64,000 nucleotides of DNA from Octopus sinensis (taxonomy: Eukaryota), in contig NC_043000.1 of assembly GCF_006345805.1 (NCBI RefSeq), positions 125,736,001-125,800,000 of the forward strand, in the 5' to 3' direction. The translations under genes were made by a program, and so were the position numbers. Position 1 is the first letter of the stretch. Every line of letters begins with the position of its first letter. A model generated the notes under the pieces. The model was not told where the DNA came from, did not search any database, and was given only the letters and a program-made list of their open reading frames with translations. Below, piece after piece: positions 25,733 to 37,739 of the stretch.

Positions 25733-26832
25733 ACTTTTATTGAATAATTGCACGATTCTCACCGGCATCGATTTTTTATCTATTTCATTTACTTAACCCA
25801 TCTCATTTAAGGATTACATGATGAAGAAGGGGGTGATGGGGATGTGAGGGCGGATGTCATTCAAATTTTGTAACCCTTTAACTGATCTCGTGTACAAATA
25901 TCAATAAAAGAAAGATCGAATGTCATACATGTATACATAGATCTCTTTCACACACACAAACATATATTTTAAATATCTTTATGACGTTAGGTGTGGTTAT
26001 GTGTGTAGATAGATTTATGTGCATATATATATTTATGTGTGTGTGTTTACATATTTGCTTATTTTTCTATATATAAATAAACTTATAAATGTAAGAATGA
26101 GTGTAAAATTAAGTTTGCTTTGAAGCTATTTGGTTTTGGGTTCCAGCCCACTGTATGGCACTTTTGTCAAAACTCTTCTACTATACATATAGGCCTTACA
26201 AAGCCCTATGAACCAAATTGTAATAATGTATCTCTCTCATAAACAATAGACCCTGAAGCATAATGGTTTTCAGTTTGCATAAAGGCTAGTGGAATAAAAA
26301 AAATACCTAACTTGAAAAGTAAGCTAGCATTGGTAGCAATGAGGCATTTGACCAAGGAATACTGTCTTAGTAACACTTGTCCAACCTATATTAGCATAGA
26401 AACGCTTGATTTGTGTGTGTGTGTGTGTGTGTGTTCTAGATGTATGTGTGTTCCTAATATATTTATATATATGATATATGTGTGTAGGTGTGCATAAGCA
26501 GTATGAGTGAATGGTTAAGACGTTTGCTTCATAACAAGGAAGTCTTGGGTTCAATCTCACTGCATGGCATCTTGGGGAAAGTGCCATTCAAAGTAATTCA
26601 AATATACTACCTGATCAGACACACATTATGTCATTAAGCAGGCAATTCAGTTGAGCAAACAACTGAGAACCATCTGTCTGATATATATACACAAACACAT
26701 ACATACATTGTACACACACACACACTCTCACACACACATGTTTCTTATATGGATCATAATGTGCTTGTTGTTCCACAGTCACTCTTTGAACCTTTCAAAT
26801 GTTAAACTAGCTTTGCTCATCCTGCTATTTAA

Positions 26833-27052
26833 CCCTTTAGCATTTAAACCGGCCATATCCGGCCAAAATATTCTGCCTGTTTTATGGTCAAACTGGCCAG
26901 ATCTGGCCTCTCACACCTAACCTACAATGTCGTTTTAAAAATTAACAACTTTCTCATCAAAATCTCATAGCTACAAGATAATGCATGATTAATTCAAAAC
27001 AATGTGGATAAAGAAGCATTAATTTGGGCAGAATAATGCAAACACTAAAGGG
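26833..27052. mobile_element. piggyBac-type non-autonomous MITE (220 bp)
   Basis: TTAA|CCCTTTAGCATTT ... AAACACTAAAGGG|TTAA. TTAA flanks at 26829-26832 and 27053-27056, and the terminal inverted repeats begin CCCTTTAG. Confidence 0.85.
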
Positions 27053-27609
27053 TTAATTTGCCTCTCAACCTCCCATAAATCACAAATTCTATTGCCCAGT
27101 TAGGTCAAGTGTCAAACTTCCACCAGCTCCTGCCCATCAGTGGTACTGACTCCAGTTATGTCATTTGGTTTGTATTAGGGCTTGGCTGGAAGAGAACTTT
27201 ATTCACATGTGTGTATGTTTTTCCCTGCTTGCATGGGTTAGACAAATGATACCGAGGTATTATTTTACAGCCAGATGCCTTCCTGTTGCTAACCCTTACC
27301 TGTTTTTCAAGTAAGAGGTCTCTTATTTCACACAGCTTTGGAGGCACACAGCAAGCAAATGGTTTATTGACAAGAGAATCAACAGCTGTAACACACCATC
27401 ACTTCACCACAGCTTCTGTTTAAGCAAGCAAAGTGTAAATACACACAACCATGTACAAAAACTGTCAATGTTCTTGATCGATAGTGTATATAATTTAATG
27501 AGACTACATGATGGATTATATTCTCACTAACAAGCATATACATAACATGTGTACACATTCCTGCACATGGATACACCTACACCTAAGTGCATATGTGGGT
27601 ATATATAGT

Positions 27610-27640
<31 letters not shown>

Positions 27641-27853
27641 GTATCTGTGAGATTGTGAATTTGGTAGATAATTTTGTATGAGTATGTATAATACATATGT
27701 GGAACTACATAGAATTATACATGCCTGAACAGTCTTGTATGTGCTTATGCTGTATGTGTGTGTCTGTGTGTGTATGCTTTAAATTATATAAACTATCTTC
27801 CAAGAACATAGACAAAAATACAAAGACATTCAACTTAGTTTATAGACAAACTC

Positions 27854-27908
<55 letters not shown>

Positions 27909-28489
27909 AATGCTGTTGACTTGGAAGGTTATGGGGATCATGGCAACATACCTCACTTCTCCATCTTAGAAGTAGGAAAACCTGACAGGAAAACATTGTT
28001 ACACAAGGTTTAAATGCAGCAGTAGTAGAGGTGGGTGTTTAGGTCAGTGACTTATTGTTTGACCTGCAGGAATTTACGAAGTCATACTGCTATTGATAGA
28101 AGATCTTTGCTAAACATTATTAGACTTCAGATGTTTCAAGCACACACACACACAGTGATTCAAAACCCCCTTTAGCGTTTTCGTCTTCTATAACATTCTG
28201 AGACTAAGACTTGCATTTTGAGCTAAGCATGATGGTTAATAATAACACTTGGAAGCATATAGCTATATATAACCACACACACACATATATACATGCGTAC
28301 ATACATGTGTATATGTATACTTTTTATTTTTAATCAAATTGTCGCTTTGGTAAGTGCCATGTACAAAACCCTTGGCCTTTGATTCACTTTTAGAACTTTC
28401 TGTTGTTAAAAATAATAAAAGAAATATATACTCATGTACTGAATTCTATTTCACCTGTTTGTTGTACCAAACCTATATATATATTACTG

Positions 28490-28690
28490 AGATGTACTTG
28501 CATAGCAAGTGACCTGATCTGAGAACATGTGCTAAAGCAAAAACAATTGCAGCGTGGAAGGTGTTTATAAGCCATTTAAAAACACACAAAAACCGTTAGA
28601 TTCACTCAACATTTAAATTTAGTTTGTCAAAATATTTCCGTCGCTTCAAAGGCCGTGCCCTGTTCACTGACAAAATTCCATGCTGCATAT
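28490..28690 (-). mobile_element. Probable Penelope-like retroelement terminal fragment carrying HHR-B (second copy at about 30433-30630)
   Basis: Non-coding repeat-like segment ending in a minimal hammerhead. Established: minimal type I hammerheads are typical of Penelope-like element termini. The family assignment is inference. Confidence 0.4.
28623..28674 (-). ncRNA. Hammerhead-like motif with G3-C8 swapped core (HHR-B, copy 1), probably degenerate
   Basis: The minus strand reads UUUGUCA-GUGAACA-gggcacggccuuugaagcgac-GGAA-AUAU-UU/UGACAAA. Stem I is a perfect 7 bp, the core is GUGAACA instead of CUGANGA, and stem III is the palindrome AAUAUU. Stem II has mismatches and A13 appears as G. 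Confidence 0.55.
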
Positions 28691-28779
28691 ATATATATAT
28701 ATATATATAAATATATATACACATATATATATTGTATTAATTAATAGTAGGAGATGGATTCATATTAGACTTTTATTAG

Positions 28780-28824
28780 GTACAACATATGTTTCAACTC
28801 ATCAGTTTGGGTATCTTCAGGTAC
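28780..28824 (-). ncRNA. Minimal type I hammerhead ribozyme (HHR-A, copy 1)
   Basis: The minus strand reads GUAC-CUGAAGA-U ACCC AAACUGAU GAGU U-GAAA-CAUAUG-UU/GUAC. It has both core strands, stem I GUAC/GUAC, a short stem II with one C.A mismatch, palindromic stem III ACAUAUGU and a GUU cleavage triplet (cut between 28784 and 28783). Confidence 0.75.
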
Positions 28825-28866
28825 ATTGATAAAGAAGTCTCATTCAGAGATTTTTATTATATATAT

Positions 28867-29190
28867 CGGAGACCCCACTTCGGTCACGAATGACCATGAG
28901 ATTGCACCTAGAATGTTACCCTCCGAGGCACAAGTCCGGAAGACCAACAGTTGCCCATACATACCAGCCTCCCCTCTCCATGCCACCAAGGTTATCCAAG
29001 GGAAAGGCAAAGGCCAATACAGCTTGGCACCAATGACATCGCAACTCATTTCTACAGCTGAGTGAACTGGAGCAACGTGAAATAAAGTGTCTTGCTCAAG
29101 AACACAACACGCAGCCCGGTCCAGGATTCGAACTCACAACCTGACGGTCGTAAGTTCGATGCTCTAACCACTGAGCCATGCACCTTCACA
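28867..29190 (-). mobile_element. SINE S2 (second copy at 30807-31130)
   Basis: A box TGGCTCAGTGG and B box GAGTTCGAATCC on the minus strand; homologous to 13811-14152. Confidence 0.85.
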
Positions 29191-29799
29191 TTATATATAT
29201 ATATATATGTTTGTATTACATCATAGCCTTCCCTTAGATATGGACAACTTGTGTGTGTATAACTGATTAGTATTTGCTTTTTGAACTATTGGTCATAGCT
29301 GAAATGTCAGTGTTGTTCTTTTGACTCAGATTAGCCCTGATCAAGCAGAGCCTCAGATCAAAGTTGTTCCAACCAGGATAATCTCAACCTCTTCTACGTG
29401 TATCAAAGACTTCATAATCCAGTGCATCATTTATATTTAAGATGATGGAGCTAGCTACAAGGAAGATTTTACTACTATTTCTAGTATACCGAGCCGTCAT
29501 ATCGTTGAATATTCATCATCATTCTTAATAATAAAATCTGGTTGAGCAGTGTTTATCATCTTAGATAGAAAGCATTATTACTTTTCCGCTTATATATATA
29601 TGTATATATTCGTGTGCCAGAAACTGCTGTTACTGTAGTAGTTTCTTTGTAACACATTTTAGCTTCAACTAGTTGTCAGTTTCTATAAATGGTAGTTTAA
29701 TTTTCAATAGGTATCTCTTATTTAGTCATGTACACGTTCAGGAAACAAGGTGATTCTTATGGCGAACTTAGCACAAGAAAGCAAGAACTCTTTCCTCAT

Positions 29800-29851
<52 letters not shown>

Positions 29852-30565
29852 AATGCTGTTGACTTGGAAGGTTATGGGGATCATGGCAACATACCTCACT
29901 TCTCCATCTTAGAAGTAGGAAAACCTGACAGGAAAACATTGTTACACAAGGTTTAAATGCAGCAGTAGTAGAGGTGGGTGTTTAGGTCAGTGACTTATTG
30001 TTTGACCTGCAGGAATTTACGAAGTCATACTGCTATTGATAGAAGATCTTTGCTAAACATTATTAGACTTCAGATGTTTCAAGCACACACACACACAGTG
30101 ATTCAAAACCCCCTTTAGCGTTTTCGTCTTCTATAACATTCTGAGACTAAGACTTGCATTTTGAGCTAAGCATGATGGTTAATAATAACACTTGGAAGCA
30201 TATAGCTATATATAACCACACACACACATATATACATGCGTACATACATGTGTATATGTATACTTTTTATTTTTAATCAAATTGTCGCTTTGGTAAGTGC
30301 CATGTACAAAACCCTTGGCCTTTGATTCACTTTTAGAACTTTCTGTTGTTAAAAATAATAAAAGAAATATATACTCATGTACTGAATTCTATTTCACCTG
30401 TTTGTTGTACCAAACCTATATATATATTACTGAGATGTACTTGCATAGCAAGTGACCTGATCTGAGAACATGTGCTAAAGCAAAAACAATTGCAGCGTGG
30501 AAGGTGTTTATAAGCCATTTAAAAACACACAAAAACCGTTAGATTCACTCAACATTTAAATTTAG

Positions 30566-30617
30566 TTTGTCAAAATATTTCCGTCGCTTCAAAGGCCGTG
30601 CCCTGTTCACTGACAAA
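30566..30617 (-). ncRNA. Hammerhead-like motif with G3-C8 swapped core (HHR-B, copy 2)
   Basis: Identical to 28623-28674, shifted by 1943 bp. Confidence 0.5.
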
Positions 30618-30719
30618 ATTCCATGCTGCATATATATATATATATATAAATATATATACACATATATATATTGTATTAATTAATAGTAGGAGATGGATTT
30701 CATATTAGACTTTTATTAG

Positions 30720-30764
30720 GTACAACATATGTTTCAACTCATCAGTTTGGGTATCTTCAGGTAC
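30720..30764 (-). ncRNA. Minimal type I hammerhead ribozyme (HHR-A, copy 2)
   Basis: Identical to 28780-28824, shifted by 1940 bp within the tandem duplicate. Confidence 0.7.
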
Positions 30765-32685
30765 ATTGATAAAGAAGTCTCATTCAGAGATTTTTATTAT
30801 ATATATCGGAGACCCCACTTCGGTCACGAATGACCATGAGATTGCACCTAGAATGTTACCCTCCGAGGCACAAGTCCGGAAGACCAACAGTTGCCCATAC
30901 ATACCAGCCTCCCCTCTCCATGCCACCAAGGTTATCCAAGGGAAAGGCAAAGGCCAATACAGCTTGGCACCAATGACATCGCAACTCATTTCTACAGCTG
31001 AGTGAACTGGAGCAACGTGAAATAAAGTGTCTTGCTCAAGAACACAACACGCAGCCCGGTCCAGGATTCGAACTCACAACCTGACGGTCGTAAGTTCGAT
31101 GCTCTAACCACTGAGCCATGCACCTTCACATTATATATATATATATATGTTTGTATTACATCATAGCCTTCCCTTAGATATGGACAACTTGTGTGTGTAT
31201 AACTGATTAGTATTTGCTTTTTGAACTATTGGTCATAGCTGAAATGTCAGTGTTGTTCTTTTGACTCAGATTAGCCCTGATCAAGCAGAGCCTCAGATCA
31301 AAGTTGTTCCAACCAGGATAATCTCAACCTCTTCTACGTGTATCAAAGACTTCATAATCCAGTGCATCATTTATATTTAAGATGATGGAGCTAGCTACAA
31401 GGAAGATTTTACTACTATTTCTAGTATACCGAGCCGTCATATCGTTGAATATTCATCATCATTCTTAATAATAAAATCTGGTTGAGCAGTGTTTATCATC
31501 TTAGATAGAAAGCATTATTACTTTTCCGCTTATATATATATGTATATATTCGTGTGCCAGAAACTGCTGTTACTGTAGTAGTTTCTTTGTAACACATTTT
31601 AGCTTCAACTAGTTGTCAGTTTCTATAAATGGTAGTTTAATTTTCAATAGGTATCTCTTATTTAGTCATGTACACGTTCAGGAAACAAGGTGATTCTTAT
31701 GGCGAACTTAGCACAAGAAAGCAAGAACTCTTTCCTCATTCTCTCTCTCTCTCTCTCCCTTACGCTCTCCTCTCTCTCTATCACTCTCTCCCTCTCTCTC
31801 TTCCTTTCTCTCAATAATAGATTCATACCTGATTATAAAAAAATTTGCATAACTGATGAAAATATTGATAATTTTTCAAAAAATTTACACACACAACAAT
31901 GCATAAAATGCATGTTTATCATCATCACCATTTTGTACATTGGTGTGAAAATACACACACACACACACATGCATACATATCTCACACACACACACACACA
32001 CACACACAAATGTAAAAATATGAGTATTCAAATGCAGAAACATAATGTGCACATACATATGTACACATCATATATACACATACTTACAAATAAAAAAAAT
32101 ATGATATTATATATAAAAATATAAAAATAAAATGTGTATGTATGTACATAATCATAAATGCACACACACCTTATTTAAAATGTATTTAGGGTCATGCTTA
32201 AGATTTAACAATTTCCATATTTCCTCTGCTTTGATTCTGCTTAAATGGGTATTTGTACTTGCAAACCAAGTGATGTATGCTGCTGAAAATTTGATTCCAG
32301 CTTAAGTGGTCCCTGTTTCCAGGACTTAATGTAGGTCAGGTTCATGTTAATGACAGGATCCAATTGACAGTTAAAAGCCTTTCTCATGAACTTCAGTGGG
32401 GAAAAAAAAATACACTGTTTCTATTATATAGCTAATGAACTTTTGTTTTGTTTTTTTCAAGATATTTTTTTTCTTTGTGAGTTTTTCTTAGTCTTAAAAG
32501 AAAATATGGACATTTTTGTCCATCTTCACAAACTCACATGCACACACACACAGAAATACAAGATTAACTCATACACTAAAGATCCCACTTCTGAATCTCA
32601 ATAAATCATGCATATGTACTCTTGAATGCATACATGCATTCATGGTCTCTTATGTGCACATAGAACTATGCAGTTTCTTCCTCCA

Positions 32686-32808
<123 letters not shown>

Positions 32809-34089
32809 TCAACTTTGCACACTCTGATTTCTCATTCACACTCAAACTGTCCTCCTCTGGTTCAATTAACCTTACACTTCTGTGCACACATCATCTCACA
32901 CTCATTGATTCTACGTTTTGTTTAGCCACAAAACTGCCAACCCTATTCATTCTTGCAGGAAAACTCCCCTCTCTCTCTCTCTATATATATATATATGTGT
33001 GTGTGTGCACACAGAAACATCCACTTACAAATACATTCACATGTTGATATGCATACACATATACCTTTATATGCTTGTGTGTGTGTGTTTATATATGTAT
33101 GTATGTATGTATAAATATATATATATGAAATATGCAAAGTAGGCAGTTCTATCCAAACTAAAACTAAAAATATTAATTATTAAATATGAAAAGTAAATGA
33201 TTTCTAATTCTTTATAAAAATGCTGATTTAATGCATGCAATGTGATGTATGATTCAGTAAATGATGTTCAATAGATGCAATTTACTTTGCCTTTCAAGCT
33301 CAATGTTTATATACTCGGTGTAATGCTATTAAATACACGTGCTGTATGTTCAGTTCTATAAATCATCGAATATAAAAGAAATAACAGCGTACTTCATTCT
33401 GCCTTTTCACTCAAAGTCATTACAGAGTGGGAAATGTATGTACATGGTGTGTTACATGTGTGGTACAGCTGTTTTTTGGTGGTGGTGGTTCATTCTTGTG
33501 TTTTTTTTCCCCCCACTAATGATATATATTTACATGTGTGTTTGTGTGCATTTTGCTACGAAAAATTGTGCCAAAAAGAAAAGAGATTATTCAAGGGGAG
33601 ATGTTGAGGTTTTTTTTTTCTTTTGTTTTTTTATTATATGTATTGAAAGCTGAAAGCTGTTGTTCCGAGTTTCATTTTTCCCTTCTTCAGACAGTTGTGA
33701 AGGGTAAGACAGGGATAGTCGATATGTATAATATCACATGGAAAAAGCACACTGAAAATTTGTTACAGGATATGTATATGAAAAATTTTCAGAAATATAT
33801 CAAGTAAAACCATTGGAAATTTTTTAATGAATGCTGGGCTCTGATTGGATACAGGTGGTCATTATCTTGGTGTATTTTGTAGGAATGAGCAAGTGAATAT
33901 ATGATGAGTAATGAAAGGAACTGAGAGTGTATATTCTGTTTTTACTTCAGAACAGATGAATATAAAAATATTATCTTTAGAAAAAAAAATTCAAGGAGAA
34001 AAACTACAAGACATGATGATGAATGAAATTACCACCTGTGTGTGTTGAATTTCTTTTAGATTAAGTTCTTCAATACAGAACTCAAGCCA

Positions 34090-34800
34090 TTTACTAACAA
34101 AGTGATGTGCCTTCTTTGTTTGTGTTAATAATCATACTAGAGCACCACCTGTGTAATTGCACTTGGTAAGACCTGGAGAACTCTGATAAACAAGAGAGAC
34201 TATGAACCAAGCTCTGATGAACACCGACCTGTATGCTAAATTCCTCTGAACTTCTTGCTAATTTTTACTCTGCTGACAGCATCTCTGTGAGAAGTTGTAC
34301 GATTCTCACAAGTTCTTCATGTACATCTAGTCTTCTTAGTGACCACCAGACTACAGAGCTTGGTACTCTGTCAAAGGTCTTTTCTAGGTCAACAAATACT
34401 GGCAATTGTGGCTTGCTCTTTACTACACAAACATGAACCATATTTCGTTTAAACTAATTATCTTTCTAATTAGTTATGCCATAAATCTTTCTGCTACTTT
34501 CATTACTTGGTCCATCAGTTTAATGATTTTGTAGTTGCTTCTTTCTAAAGCATCTCTTTTTGCTCCTTGTAGCACTTCATAATTCTACTTCTGTACCAGT
34601 TTCTTGGAATTACCTCTTCATGGATGACCTGACTGATTGTAACTTTTACGTGTCCTTTGTAGCCACTGGTTTTCAGCATCTCAGTGACCGTTTCAAATGA
34701 TCTTCTTACTTTCTCTGCTTTCATATCCTTAATGGCCATTTCAACCATACAGCTATGAACTTTAACAGCTCATTCTTCAGTTGAGTCTGCATGGGTTAGT
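34090..34800 (-). mobile_element. Degraded RTE-type LINE reverse transcriptase fragment
   Basis: MAIKDMKAEK...TEMLKTSG...QVIHEEVIPRNW...LERSNYKIIKLMDQVMKVAER...FVDLEKTFDRVPSSVVWWSLRRL...QVGVHQ. Confidence 0.85.
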
Positions 34801-34947
34801 CTTTCTTATACATTCTCATTCAACAGCTTTTCATGTCATGTATGTTTGTATGTTTGTGTGAGAGTTTCATGTGCGTGTATGTATATACAATGAGTATAAT
34901 ATTTGAACAAAGATTGAGGAGACTACAACTCAATAAAGGACCCAATA

Positions 34948-34991
<44 letters not shown>

Positions 34992-35909
34992 AGTCTATTT
35001 TTATAAAGCATGTCATACCTCATGACAGCATAGTTGTTTCAGTATGTGTGTGTGTGTGTGTGTATACATGTGCATGTATCCATACACACATACACACAGT
35101 TTGTATAAGCCAGTTCAGTTGCCTGTTTCCACTCTGTGCAGCCACTTCTGGTGAACCAGACTGGGAACTGTGAAAACTCCAGGGTAAAAGGCTCTGGACT
35201 GGTCTAAATAAGCTACTTCATCACTTTTCAGTTTATCATCTCCAGATTGTTAGCCAACAACAGATGTGTGTGTATGTGTGTATTATTCTTTTTCCGCCAG
35301 CCGTTCCATAATAGCATTGGTCATACATCCTACTTTTGACATGGCTTCTTTGGGCTGATTCCCTTCTTGTTGCAACCGCTTTAGAGTGTTCTAGGTGTCT
35401 TTTATCAATGCAGATGCACAAGAGTTTGTTCTCTCCCCAGTTAGTCTAAACAGTCCTCTCTTCCACTGTTATCACCATTTATTTGTTCTCTGGCTCCAGA
35501 AAAGTTATCTTGCAGCTGGTAAGACTAAAAAAGAATCCCCATTTTCTATTTGATCATTCTTTTCTTTTGCACACAACTAGATAGGAAGTGACTCAGAGCA
35601 AGAGGGTGATAGGAGAGAGTAACAGAGAATAACAGGAGTGATAGGGACACAAAGATGGTAGAAGGAAAAGCTATGAAAGAGAGACAAACAATTACAATAA
35701 TGTTTGTTGGTAGGGAGATTGAATAGAAACAATATTACTAAGCAGGTGAAATAAAAGTGATGAATGAGAACCAGGCCAAGAGAATAATAGAAGACAACCA
35801 AAGAGATGGGAGCTAAATGACAATGAGAATGAGAGAAATAGCTACATGATGGTTGTTGATAAGGAGATGGAATAGACACAGCAGAATAATATAATGGAGG
35901 AAAACAATT

Positions 35910-37108
35910 ATTGGAGAATGACTGGATGGTGGATGATGGCAAGAGAGGATTTGCAGAAAGATGTATGAGTCCAACATTCTGGTAGGAGACGAACTGAGCA
36001 GAGTGAGGGCTTAGTGGGGTCACAACATGCATAATGAGAGGAAGGAAGACAGATGAATCAAGAATGTCAGAGTGGTGGTGGTATGAGACCAGTCAGCTCG
36101 AAAGTATAGAAACCATCGTAATTGTGGTAAAAATATGGCTGGTAGAGGAGACAGCACATTTGCAGACTAGAGGCTGGAGCATCTTTGTGAGTGACATACA
36201 GTACTCATAGATAGGGACAGTTTTCCAGTGTGGATCTTACCTGAGTGTTGTAACATGCAGGTGAAGTATTTTCAGTCTCTCAAGAGAAAGTCCAGTCTTT
36301 GACATGCAGTCTTTGTTGTATTAAGGATGTGTTTTTGCCAAGAAAATATCCTGAACAATAGTGAATCCAATTGTTTGGAGCTGTCTCAAAGGGTCTAGGT
36401 GTGTGCTTATTATGGGTAAAGTTTGGGGTGCCATGATGTTTTCATGTGTGTTTTCTCACTGTTTAAAGAGGCGAGATTCAGACAACCCGATTGGAATATT
36501 TTTGAAGATTTTGTTTATGGAATTATTGTAGATCTTTCTCTGAGCTGTTGTACATGCAGCACCCCTCCTAGAGGGATCCTTCTTGGAAGTGATGGCTAGT
36601 AGATCAATGATCTATAAGAGAAGGAGTATAAGGGATAGAACAGAATCATGGGTCACACTTGTGTGGATCCAGTAGAGCCCCATCTGTATAGGCTGTGGCA
36701 ATGCAATCAGACAAGAAGCTACCAATCAAAGAGATGAGAGGCAAATGAAGTTTATAGGCAACAATTTTTAGACCAGATACAGTTGAAAGGCAGTGCCAAT
36801 GCTTTCACCTGTTGCTAAGAGTAGGAACCCACTTACAAGTGCTATCTGCTGGAATAAGTTTCTAATAGGTCTGGTCATAAGAATGTCATCCTTGCGGTTT
36901 TAAATAGAGAGGGGGGAGGGGGAGATACAAGGGTTTAGAAATGTTAATATTTATTTCCTTTAAATTTGATGTTGAAAGTGATAACATGATGTTAGTTGGC
37001 TGGAGAGAAGCAGTTGCCCTTCTTGGGAAAGCATACCAATGTAGAACATACCTAAAGATAGCTAAATAGAGACAGACAGACAGATAAATAAGAGATAGAT
37101 AGAAAAAG

Positions 37109-37142
<34 letters not shown>

Positions 37143-37560
37143 CAGTAGATAGGTGTATTTGGTGAATATAGGGATGAGGTCTAGAGCATATTGAGTGTAA
37201 TTGGAGATTGTCAGGACCCATGGCCTTTTTAATTTGAATCAACCAGATGTATTTTAATAGTTGGTATATATGTATGAATTGTGATACACTTGGTTGAATG
37301 GCAAGAAATAGCTTTGGAGAAGGCTTACTTGATGTGCAGGCAATTAAATTTAAACCTCATAACAGATATAGAGAATTTTTACCTATGAATACAGTTCAGA
37401 AAAATCATCACAGCTATAGGAGATACAGATCTTTTTGATAAAGGGATGAATGATTTGGCTTCAGTTTAGAAGCTGGGAGAGGATGAGAGTTGTGTTGCAT
37501 GGTGGTATGCACTGGTCATGGTTGGCATGATGGACTTGGCAGTGCTGTCCAATTTTTTTA
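35910..37560 (-). mobile_element. Degraded CR1-type LINE RT fragment
   Basis: Minus-strand remnants IKKAMGPDNL, GSFLSD, VTHDSVLSLILLLL*IIDL (GVPQGSVLSP..F..FINDL-like), SWQKHILNTTKTACQRLDFLLR, VRSTLENCPYL and FYHNYDG...ELTGLIPPPL. Confidence 0.75.
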
Positions 37561-37739
37561 GGGCTGGGTGATTCTCCAATTGTCAAACCATGTGTATACA
37601 TAGGTGTGTGCATTTTTACTTGCCCTTATATAGATGACTATATTTATGTACATATTTGTTTGAATTCATGCATATATGTATAAAGATTTGTGTATAAGTA
37701 TATAGATCGACTGCAAGTACTTCAATAAGCATTATTTCC

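Larger units (their letters stand above)
27906..29800. repeat. Tandem duplication, copy 1 (about 1.9 kb unique unit flanked by (CT)n)
   Basis: Sequence from aagaatgctgttgac (27906) to tttcctcatt (29800) recurs at 29849-31740. Identical ORF-track entries are offset by 1940. Confidence 0.95.
29849..31740. repeat. Tandem duplication, copy 2
   Basis: In spot checks it differs from copy 1 only by a 4-nt shorter (TA)n run and one extra T (gagatggattt). (CT)n tracts lie at 27852-27905, 29801-29848 and 31741-31810. Confidence 0.95.

Noticed and set aside
25763-25900. Possible alternative first exon of the nested gene (minus donor CCG|GTGAGA at 25763)
   Set aside because: Only a donor-like match and a few CpGs; insufficient support.
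28826-31005. Duplicated 79-aa/69-aa ORF pairs
   Set aside because: They fall inside SINE S2 in the tandem duplicate; no coding signal.
13811-31130. tRNA-like A/B boxes in SINE heads
   Set aside because: No complete cloverleaf or acceptor stem; they continue into SINE bodies.
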